Shown here: positions 1 through 11,400 of the stretch, one piece after another
How positions within the stretch are numbered: the stretch's first letter is position 1
How the letters are laid out: each line of letters opens with the position of its first letter
From: Utricularia gibba
Taxonomy: Eukaryota > Plantae > Magnoliophyta
Assembly (NCBI GenBank): GCA_002189035.1
Contig: NEEC01000329.1
Span: forward strand, 1 to 41,219
Length of the DNA stretch: 41,219 nucleotides
Direction of reading: 5' to 3'
Notes under the pieces: generated by a model
Databases searched by the model: none
What the model was told of the DNA's origin: nothing
The model's input: only the letters and a program-made list of their open reading frames with translations
Position numbers and translations under genes: made by a program

Positions 1-3000
1 AAAATACGGAATGGTGCACGAGGCCTGCATCAGGTGTGGGTTGGAACACACCGTGCATTGTAAGGGATCGCCTCAAAACAAAAATTTCACACCTTCCAAT
101 GAAATGCATATGTTTTGCAAGCGAGAAATCCATTCGCGTCGAATCGGAAGTCCGAGTCGCATCATCACGTCGTGGCCACTTTGTGGCACAATTGAAGGCT
201 AATATAAGGCAATAATTCGAGCTCTGATACATCGTCGGACGACGAAGCTTCAAAACGGAAGATGACCGCCTCGGAATGAGCTTCGAAACGGTGTGTCGTG
301 TGCAACGTGGCTCATCACGGTTTTCAAGATATCGACAAAATACGGAATGGTGCACGAGGCCTTCATCAGGTGTGGGTTGGAACACACCCGTGGCATTGTA
401 AGGGATCGCCTCAAAAACAAAATTTCACACCTTCCAATGAAATCTTGTTTGAAAGCGAGAAATCCCATTCGCGTCGAATCGGAAGTCCGAGGTCGCATCA
501 TCGCGAACGTCGTGGCCACTTTGTGGCACAATTGAAGGCTAATATAAGGCAATAATTCGAGCTCTGATACATCGTCGGACGACGAAGCTTCAAAACGGAA
601 GATGACCGCCCTGGAATGAGCTTCGAAACGGTGTGTCGTGCGCAACGTGGCTCATCACGGTTTTCAAGATATCGACAAAATACGGAATGGTGCACGAGGC
701 CTGCATCAGGTGTGGGTTGGAACACACCGTGCATTGTAAGGGATCGCCTCAAAACAAAAATTTCACACCTTCCAATGAAATGCATATGTTTTGCAAGCGA
801 GAAATCCATTTCGCGTCGAATCGGAAGTCCCAGTCGCATCATCGCGAACGTCGTGGCCACTTTGTGGCACAATTGAAGGCTAATATAAGGCAATAATTCG
901 AGCTCTGATACATCGTCGGACGACGAAGCTTCAAAACGGAAGATGACCGCCTCGGAATGAGCTTCGAAACGGTGTGTCGTGCGCAACGGGCTCATCACGG
1001 TTTTCAAGATATCGAAAATACGGAATGGTGCACGAGGCCTGCATCAGGTGTGGGTTGGAACACACCCGTGGCATTGTAAGGGATCGCCTCAAAAAAAATT
1101 TCACACCTTCCAATGAAATCCATATGTCTTGAAAGCGAGAAATCCCATTCGCGTCGAATCGGAAGTCCGAGGTCGCATCATCGCGAACGTCGTGGCCACT
1201 TTGTGGCACAATTGAAGGCTAATATAAGGCAATAATTCGAGCTCTGATACATCGTCGGACGACGAAGCTTCAAAACGGAAGATGACCGCCTGGAATGAGC
1301 TTCGAAACGGTGTGTCGTGCGCAACGTGGCTCATCACGGTTTTCAAGATATCGACAAAATACGGAATGGTGCACGAGGCCTGCATCAGGTGTGGGTTGGA
1401 ACACAACCGTGGCATTGTAAGGGATCGCCTCTAAAACAAAATTTTCACACCTTCCAATGAAATGCATATGTTTTTGCAAGCGAGAAATCCATTTGCGTCG
1501 AATTGGAAGCCCCGAGTCGCATCATCGCGAACGTCGTGGCCACTTTGTGGCACAATTGAAGGCTAATATAAGGCAATAATTCGAGCTCTGATACATCGTC
1601 GGACGACGAAGCTTCAAAACGGAAGATGACCGCCTCTGGAATGAGCTTCGAAACGGTGTGTCGTGCAACAAGGCTCATCACGGTTTCAAGATATCGAAAA
1701 ATACGGAATGGTGCACGAGGCCTGCATCAGGTGTGGGTTGGAACACAACCGTGGCATTGTAAGGGATCGCCTCTAAAAAAAAAATTTCACACCTTCCAAT
1801 GAAATCCATATGTTTTGAAGCGAGAAATCCATTCGCGTCGAATCGGAAGTCCGAGTCGCATCATCGCGAACGTCGTGGCCACTTTGTGGCACAATTGAAG
1901 GCTAATATAAGGCAATAATTCGAGCTCTGATATATTGTCGGACGACAAGCTTCAAAACGGAAGATGACCGCCTGGAATGAGCTTCGAAACGGTGTGTCGT
2001 GCGAAACGTGGCTCATCACGGTTTTCAAGATATCGATAAAATACGGAATGGTGCACGAGGCCTGCATCAGGTGTGGGTTGGAACACAACCGTGGCATTGT
2101 AAGGGATCGCCTAAAACGAAAATTTCACACCTTCCAATGAAATCCATATGTTTGAAAGCGAGAAATCCCATTCGCGTCGAATCGGAAGTCCGAGGTCGCA
2201 TCATCGCGAACGTCGTGGCCACTTTGTGGCACAATTGAAGGGTAATATAAGGCAATAATTCGAGCTCTGATATATCGTCGAACGACGAAGCTTCAAAACG
2301 GAAGATGACCGCGGAATGAGCTTCGAAACGTGTGTCGTGTGCAACGTGGCTCATCACGGTTTTAAGATATCGAAAAATACGGAATGGTGCACGAGGCCTG
2401 CATCAGGTGTGGGTTGGAACACAACCGTGGCATTGTAAGGATCGCCTCTAAAACGAAAATTTCACACCTTCCAATGAAATGCCATATGTTTTGAAAGCGA
2501 GAAATCCTTCGCGTCGAATCGGAAGTCCGGTCGCATCATCGCGAACGTCGTGGCCACTTTGTGGCACAATTGAAGGGTAATATAAGGCAATAATTCGAGC
2601 TCTGATACATCGTCGGACGACGAAGCTTCAAAAGGAAGATGACCGCCCTGGAATGAGCTTCGAAACGGTGTGTCGTGCGCAACGGGCTCATCACGGTTTT
2701 CAAGATATCGACAAAATACGGAATGGTGCACGAGGCCTGCATCAGGTGTGGGTTGGAACACAACGTGGCATTGTAAGGGATCGCCTCAAAACGAAAAATT
2801 TCACACCTTCCAATGAAATGCATATGTTTTGAAGCGAGAAATCATTCGCGTCGAATCGGAAGTCCGAGTCGCATCATCGCGAACGTCGTGGCCACTTTGT
2901 GGCACAATTGAAGGCTAATATAAGGCAATAATTCGAGCTCTGATATATCGTCGGACGACGAAGCTTCAAAACGGAAGATGACCGCCAATGAGCTTCGAAA

Positions 3001-5085
3001 CGGTGTGTCGTGCGCAACGTGGCTCATCACGGTTTTCAAGATATCGACAAAATACGGAATGGTGCACGAGGCCTGCATCAGGTGTGGGTTGGAACACAAC
3101 CGTGGCATTGTAAGGGATCGCCTCAAAAAAAATTTCACACCTTCCAATGAAATCCATATGTTTGAAAAGCGAGAAATCCCATTCGCGTCGAATCGGAAGT
3201 CCGAGGTCGCATCATCGCGAACGTCGTGGCCACTTTGTGGCACAATTGAAGGGTAATATAAGGCAATAATTCGAGCTCTGATACATCGTCGGACGACGAA
3301 GCTTCAAAACGGAAGATGACCCCTGAATGAGCTTCGAAACGGTGTCGTGCAAACGTGGCTCATCACGGTTTTCAAGATATCGATAAAATACGGAATGGTG
3401 CACGAGGCCTGCATCAGGTGTGGGTTGGAACACACCGTGGCATTGTAAGGGATCGCCTCAAAACGAAAATTTCACACCTTCCAATGAAATCATATGTTTT
3501 GAAGCGAGAAATCCATTCGCGTCGAATCGGAAGTCCGAGTCGCATCATCGCGAACGTCGTGGCCACTTTGTGGCACAATTGAAGGCTAATATAAGGCAAT
3601 AATTCGAGCTCTGATATATTGTCGGACGACAAAGCTTCAAAACGGAAGATGACCGCCTGGAATGAGCTTCGAAACGGTGTGTCGTGCGCAACGTGGCTCA
3701 TCACGGTTTTCAAGATATCGACAAAATACGGAATGGTGCACGAGGCCTGCATCAGGTGTGGGTTGGAACACAACCGTGGCATTGTAAGGGATCGCCTCTA
3801 AAAACGAAAATTTCACACCTTCCAATGAAATCCATATGTCTTGAAAGCGAGAAATCCCATTCGCGTCGAATCGGAAGTCCGAGTCGCATCATCGCGAACG
3901 TCGTGGCCACTTTGTGGCACAATTGAAGGGTAATATAAGGCAATAATTCGAGCTCTGATACATCGTCGGACGACGAAGCTTCAAAAACGGAAGATGACCG
4001 CCCTGGAATGAGCTTCGAAACGGTGTGTCGTGCGCAACGTGGCTCATCACGGTTTTCAAGATATCGACAAAATACGGAATGGTGCACGAGGCCTGCATCA
4101 GGTGTGGGTTGGAACACAACCGTGGCATTGTAAGGGATCGCCTCTAAAACGAAAATTTCACACCTTCCAATGAAATGCATATGTTTTGCAAGCGAGAAAT
4201 CACATTTGCGTCGAATTGGAAGCCCCGAGTCGCATCATCGCGAACGTCGTGGCCACTTTGTGGCACAATTGAAGGCTAATATAAGGCAATAATTCGAGCT
4301 CTGATATCGTCGGACGACGAAGCTTCAAAAACGGAAGATGACCGCCTGGAATGAGCTTCGAAACGGTGTGTCGTGTGCAACAAGGCTCATCACGGTTTTC
4401 AAGATATCAAAATACGGAATGGTGCACGAGGCCTGCATCAGGTGTGGGTTGGAACACAACCGTGGCATTGTAAGGGATCGCCTCTAAACAAAAAATTTCA
4501 TACCTTCCAATGAAATCCATATGTTTGAAGCGAGAAACCATTCGCGTCGAATCGGAAGTCCGAGTCGCATCATCGCGAACGTCGTGGCCACTTTGTGGCA
4601 CAATTGAAGGCTAATATAAGGCAATAATTCGAGCTCTGATATATTGTCGAACGACAAAGCTTCAAACGGAAGATGACCGCCTCGGAATGAGCTTCGAAAC
4701 GGTGTGTCGTGCGAAACGTGGCTCATCACGGTTTTCAAGATATCGATAAAAATACGGAATGGTGCACGAGGCCTGCATCAGGTGTGGGTTGGAACACACC
4801 GTGGCATTGTAAGGGATCGCCTCAAAAACAAAATTTCACACCTTCCAATGAAATCATATGTTTGAAGCGAGAAAACCATTCGCGTCGAATCGGAAGTCCG
4901 AGTCGCATCATCGCGAACGTCGTGGCCACTTTGTGGCACAATTGAAGGCTAATATAAGGCAATAATTCGAGCTCTGATACATTGTCGGACGACGAAGCTT
5001 CAAAACGGAAGATGACCGCCTGGAATGAGCTTCGAAACGGTGTGTCGTGCGCAACGTGGCTCATCACGGTTTTCAAGATATCGAC

Positions 5086-5427
5086 AAAATACGGAATGGT
5101 GCACGAGGCCTGCATCAGGTGTGGGTTGGAACACAACCGTGGCATTGTAAGGGATCGCCTCTAAAAAAAATTTCACACCTTCCAATGAAATCCATATGTC
5201 TTGAAAGCGAGAAATCCCATTCGCGTCGAATCGGAAGTCCGAGGTCGCATCATCGCGAACGTCGTGGCCACTTTGTGGCACAATTGAAGGGTAATATAAG
5301 GCAATAATTCGAGCTCTGATATATTGTCGGACGACGAAGCTTCAAAACGGAAGATGACCGCCCTGGAATGAGCTTCGAAACGGTGTGTCGTGCGCAACGT
5401 GGCTCATCACGGTTTTCAAGATATCGA
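5086..5427 (+). repeat. Representative monomer type R (often precedes P)
   Basis: Carries gggAtcgcctcT, gaaatCcat, ttgaAagc, aaatCCCatt, cgagGtc, gaaggGtaat, gataTatTgtcGga, gaccgcCCtgg and gtgCgcaacGTgg. Similar copies start near 7480, 9527 and 22083. R is less sharply defined than P or Q. Confidence 0.6.
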
Positions 5428-8400
5428 AAAATACGGAATGGTGCACGAGGCCTGCATCAGGTGTGGGTTGGAACACAACGTGGCATTGTAAGGGATCGCC
5501 TCTAAAACGAAATTTCACACCTTCCAATGAAATGCATATGTTTTGCAAGCGAGAAATCACATTTGCGTCGAATCGGAAGTCCCGAGTCGCATCATCGCGA
5601 ACGTCGTGGCCACTTTGTGGCACAATTGAAGGCTAATATAAGGCAATAATTCGAGCTCTGATACATCGTCGAACGACAAAGCTTCAAAACGGAAGATGAC
5701 CGCCTGGAATGAGCTTCGAAACGGTGTGTCGTGTGCAACAAGGCTCATCACGGTTTTTCAAGATATCGACAAAATACGGAATGGTGCACGAGGCCTGCAT
5801 CAGGTGTGGGTTGGAACACAACCGTGGCATTGTAAGGGTTCGCCTCTAAAAAAAAATTTCACACCTTCCAATGAAATCCATATGTCTTGAAGCGAGAAAA
5901 CCCATTCGCGTCGAATCGGAAGTCCGAGGTCGCATCATCGCGAACGTCGTGGCCACTTTGTGGCACAATTGAAGGGTAATATAAGGCAATAATTCGAGCT
6001 CTGATATATTGTCGGACGACGAAGCTTCAAAACGGAAGATGACCGCCTGGAATGAGCTTCGAAACGGTGTGTCGTGCGCAACGTGGCTCATCACGGTTTT
6101 CAAGATATCGATAAAATACGGAATGGTGCACGAGGCCTGCATCAGGTGTGGGTTGGAACACACCGTGGCATTGTAAGGGATCGCCTCAAAACAAAATTTC
6201 ACACCTTCCAATGAAATGCATATGTTTTGCAAGCGAGAAATCACATTTGCGTCGAATCGGAAGTCCCGAGTCGCATCATCGCGAACGTCGTGGCCACTTT
6301 GTGGCACAATTGAAGGCTAATATAAGGCAATAATTCGAGCTCTGATACATCGTCGAACGACAAAGCTTCAAAACGGAAGATGACCGCCTGGAATGAGCTT
6401 CGAAACGGTGTGTCGTGCGCAACGTGGCTCATCACGGTTTTCAAGATATCGACAAAATACGGAATGGTGCACGAGGCCTTCATCAGGTGTGGGTTGGAAC
6501 ACAACCGTGGCATTGTAAGGGATCGCCTCAAAAACAAAAATTTCACACCTTCCAATGAAATCCATATGTTTGAAAGCGAGAAATCCATTCGCGTCGAATC
6601 GGAAGTCCGAGTCGCATCATCGCGAACGTCGTGGCCACTTTGTGGCACAATTGAAGGGTAATATAAGGCAATAATTCGAGCTCTGATATACATCGTCGGA
6701 CGACGAAGCTTCAAAAACGGAAGATGACCCTGAATGAGCTTCGAAACGGTGTGTCGTGCGCAACGTGGCTCATCACGGTTTCAAGATATCGAAAAATACG
6801 GAATGGTGCACGAGGCCTGCATCAGGTGTGGGTTGGAAACACACCGTGCCATTGTAAGGGATCGCCTCAAAAACAAAAATTTCACACCTTCCAATGAAAT
6901 GCATATGTTTTGCAAGCGAGAAATCACATTTGCGTCGAATTGGAAGCCCCGAGTCGCATCATCGCGAACGTCGTGGCCACTTTGTGGCACAATTGAAGGC
7001 TAATATAAGGCAATAATTCGAGCTCTGATACATTGTCGGACGACGAAGCTTCAAAAACGGAAGATGACCGCTCTGGAATGAGCTTCGAAACGGTGTGTCG
7101 TGTGCAACGTGGCTCATCACGGTTTTCAAGATATCGACAAAATACGGAATGGTGCACGAGGCCTGCATCAGGTGTGGGTTGGAACACAACCGTGGCATTG
7201 TAAGGGATCGCCTCTAAAACAAAAATTTCACCTTCCAATGAAATCCATATGTCTTGAAGCGAGAAATCCCATTCGCGTCGAATCGGAAGTCCGAGGTCGC
7301 ATCATCGCGAACGTCGTGGCCACTTTGTGGCACAATTGAAGGCTAATATAAGGCAATAATTCGAGCTCTGATATATTGTCGGACGACGAAGCTTCAAACG
7401 GAAGATGACCGCCTGGAATGAGCTTCGAAACGGTGTGTCGTGCGCAACGTGGCTCATCACGGTTTTCAAGATATCGAAAAATACGGAATGGTGCACGAGG
7501 CCTGCATCAGGTGTGGGTTGGAACACACCCGTGGCATTGTAAGGGATCGCCTCTAAAACGAAAATTTTCACACCTTCCAATGAAATCCATATGTTTGAAA
7601 GCGAGAAATCCCATTCGCGTCGAATCGGAAGTCCGAGGTCGCATCATCGCGAACGTCGTGGCCACTTTGTGGCACAATTGAAGGGTAATATAAGGCAATA
7701 ATTCGAGCTCTGATATATTGTCGGACGACGAAGCTTCAAACGGAAGATGACCGCCCTGGAATGAGCTTCGAAACGGTGTGTCGTGCAAACGTGGCTCATC
7801 ACGGTTTTCAAGATATCGACAAAATACGGAATGGTGCACGAGGCCTGCATCAGGTGTGGGTTGGAACACAACCGTGGCATTGTAAGGGATCGCCTCTAAA
7901 ACGAAAAATTTCACACCTTCCAATGAAATGCATATGTTTTTGCAAGCGAGAAATCACATTTGCGTCGAATCGGAAGCCCCGAGTCGCATCATCGCGAACG
8001 TCGTGGCCACTTTGTGGCACAATTGAAGGCTAATATAAGGCAATAATTCGAGCTCTGATATCGTCGGACGACGAAGCTTCAAAACGGAAGATGACCGCCT
8101 GGAATGAGCTTCGAAACGGTGTGTCGTGCGCAACGTGGCTCATCACGGTTTCAAGATATCGACAAAATACGGAATGGTGCACGAGGCCTGCATCAGGTGT
8201 GGGTTGGAACACACCGTGGCATTGTAAGGGATCGCCTCTAAAACAAAAATTTCACACCTTCCAATGAAATGCTGTGTTTGAAAGCGAGAAATCCATTCGC
8301 GTCGAATCGGAAGTCCGAGGTCGCATCATCGCGAACGTCGTGGCCACTTTGTGGCACAATTGAAGGCTAATATAAGGCAATAATTCGAGCTCTGATATAT

Positions 8401-11400
8401 TGTCGAACGACAAAGCTTCAAAACGGAAGATGACCGCCTGGGAATGAGCTTCGAAACGGTGTGTCGTGCGAAACGTGGCTCATCACGGTTTTCAAGATAT
8501 CGATAAAATACGGAATGGTGCACGAGGCCTGCATCAGGTGTGGGTTGGAACACACCGTGCATTGTAAGGGATCGCCTCAAAAAAAAAATTTCACACCTTC
8601 CAATGAAATGCATATGTTTTGCAAGCGAGAAATCACATTGCGTCGAATCGGAAGTCCCAGTCGCATCATCGCGAACGTCGTGGCCACTTTGTGGCACAAT
8701 TGAAGGCTAATATAAGGCAATAATTCGAGCTCTGATACATCGTCGGACGACGAAGCTTCAAAACGGAAGATGACCGCCTGGAATGAGCTTCGAAACGGTG
8801 TGTCGTGCGCAACGTGGCTCATCACGGTTTTAAGATATCGACAAAATACGGAATGGTGCACGAGGCCTGCATCAGGTGTGGGTTGGAACACAACCGTGGC
8901 ATTGTAAGGGATCGCCTCAAAAAACGAAAATTTCACACCTTCCAATGAAATCCATATGTCTTGAAAGCGAGAAATCCCATTCGCGTCGAATCGGAAGTCC
9001 GAGGTCGCATCATCGCGAACGTCGTGGCCACTTTGTGGCACAATTGAAGGCTAATATAAGGCAATAATTCGAGCTCTGATACATCGTCGGACGACGAAGC
9101 TTCCAAACGGAAGATGACCGCCCTGGAATGAGCTTCGAAACGGTGTGTCGTGCGCAACGTGGCTCATCACGGTTTTCAAGATATCGATAAAATACGGAAT
9201 GGTGCACGAGGCCTGCATCAGGTGTGGGTTGGAACACAACGTGGCATTGTAAGGGATCGCCTCAAAAACAAAAATTTCACACCTTCCAATGAAATGCATA
9301 TGTTTTGAAGCGAGAAATCCCATTCGCGTCGAATCGGAAGTCCGAGTCGCATCATCGCGAACGTCGTGGCCACTTTGTGGCACAATTGAAGGCTAATATA
9401 AGGCAATAATTCGAGCTCTGATACATCGTCGAACGACAAGCTTCAAAACGGAAGATGACCGCCTGGAATGAGCTTCGAAACGGTGTGTCGTGCGCAACGG
9501 CTCATCACGGTTTTCAAGATATCGACAAAATACGGAATGGTGCACGAGGCCTTCATCAGGTGTGGGTTGGAACACACCGGCATTGTAAGGGATCGCCTCA
9601 AAACAAAAATTTCACACCTTCCAATGAAATCCATATGTTTTGAAAGCGAGAAATCCCATTCGCGTCGAATCGGAAGTCCGAGGTCGCATCATCGCGAACG
9701 TCGTGGCCACTTTGTGGCACAATTGAAGGGTAATATAAGGCAATAATTCGAGCTCTGATATATTGTCGGACGACGAAGCTTCCAAAACGGAAGATGACCG
9801 CCCTGGAATGAGCTTCGAAACGGTGTGTCGTGCGCAACGTGGCTCATCACGGTTTCAAGATATCGATAAAATACGGAATGGTGCACGAGGCCTGCATCAG
9901 GTGTGGGTTGGAACACAACCGTGCATTGTAAGGGATCGCCTCAAAAACAAAAATTTCACACCTTCCAATGAAATGCATATGTTTTGCAAGCGAGAAATCA
10001 CATTTGCGTCGAATTGGAAGCCCGAGTCGCATCATCGCGTAACGTCGTGGCCACTTTGTGGCACAATTGAAGGCTAATATAAGGCAATAATTCGAGCTCT
10101 GATACATCGTCGACGACGAAGCTTCAAAAACGGAAGATGACCGCTCTGGAATGAGCTTCGAAACGGTGTGTCGTGTGCAACAAGGCTCATCACGGTTTTC
10201 AAGATATTTACAAAATACGGAATGGTGCACGAGGCCTGCATCAGGTGTGGGTTGGAACACAACCGTGGCATTGTAAGGGTTCGCCTCTAAAACAAAAATT
10301 TCATACCTTCCAATGAAATCCATATGTCTTGAAAGCGAGAAAACCCATTCGCGTCGAATCGGAAGTCCGAGGTCGCATCATCGCGAACGTCGTGGCCACT
10401 TTGTGGCACAATTGAAGGCTAATATAAGGCAATAATTCGAGCTCTGATACATCGTCGGACGACGAAGCTTCAAAAACGGAAGATGACCGCCGGAATGAGC
10501 TTCGAAACGGTGTGTCGTGTGCAACGTGGCTCATCACGGTTTTCAAGATATCGAAAAATACGGAATGGTGCACGAGGCCTGCATCAGGTGTGGGTTGGAA
10601 CACAACCGTGGCATTGTAAGGGATCGCCTCTAAAACAAAAATTTCACACCTTCCAATGAAATCCATATGTTTGAAGCGAGAAATCCCATTCGCGTCGAAT
10701 CGGAAGTCCGAGTCGCATCATCGCGAACGTCGTGGCCACTTTGTGGCACAATTGAAGGCTAATATAAGGCAATAATTCGAGCTCTGATATATCGTCGGAC
10801 GACGAAGCTTCAAAACGGAAGATGACCGCCTGGAATGAGCTTCGAAACGGTGTGTCGTGCAAACGTGGCTCATCACGGTTTTCAAGATATCGACAAAATA
10901 CGGAATGGTGCACGAGGCCTGCATCAGGTGTGGGTTGGAACACAACGTGGCATTGTAAGGGATCGCCTCAAAACAAAAATTTCACACCTTCCAATGAAAT
11001 GCATATGTTTTGAAGCGAGAAATCCATTCGCGTCGAATCGGAAGTCCGAGTCGCATCATCGCGAACGTCGTGGCCACTTTGTGGCACAATTGAAGGCTAA
11101 TATAAGGCAATAATTCGAGCTCTGATACATCGTCGGACGACGAAGCTTCAAAACGGAAGATGACCGCCTGGAATGAGCTTCGAAACGGTGTGTCGTGCGC
11201 AACGTGGCTCATCACGGTTTTCAAGATATCGACAAAATACGGAATGGTGCACGAGGCCTTCATCAGGTGTGGGTTGGAACACAACGTGGCATTGTAAGGG
11301 ATCGCCTCAAAAACAAAAATTTCACCTTCCAATGAAATGCATATCTTTTGCAAGCGAGAAATCACATTTGCGTCGAATTGGAAGCCCCGAGTCGCATCAT

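Noticed and set aside
355-370. Minus-strand CUGAUGA created by the minor ccttcatcagg allele (~12 copies)
   Set aside because: It is not followed by a stem II and GAAA at the required spacing. It is only a G-to-T variant of the common allele.
538-558. TATA-like AT-rich block (ctaatataaggcaataatt) as a promoter
   Set aside because: A short, low-information match with no supporting elements. Its apparent conservation could reflect consensus averaging.
556-628. Hammerhead-ribozyme look-alike on the plus strand: ttcgagct-CTGATAC-atc-gtcg-ga-cgac-GAAG, with ttcgagct able to pair with downstream agcttcgaa. Of interest because newt satellite 2 and schistosome Sm-alpha repeats carry hammerheads.
   Set aside because: The core is wrong: CUGAUAC instead of CUGANGA (G8 and A9 lost, so no C3-G8 pair), GAAG instead of GAAA, three extra bases before stem II, and AUG at the would-be NUH cleavage site. 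An Infernal search against Rfam hammerhead models or an in vitro cleavage assay would settle it.
524-630. Pol III A-box/B-box-like motifs (tggcacaattg; cttcaaaac and cttcgaaac) suggesting a tRNA-derived SINE origin
   Set aside because: The conserved G of the B box (GWTCRANNC) is C in both candidates, the A box is imperfect, and there is no cloverleaf, poly(A) tail or target-site duplication.
1772-1790. Variable A-run lengths after gcctc(t) (also at ~1090, 3124, 5162, 8578, 17450) as microsatellite-like hypervariability
   Set aside because: Homopolymer length noise and loss of the internal C/G in aaaac[a/g]aaaa are typical long-read consensus errors and cannot be called biological from this sequence.
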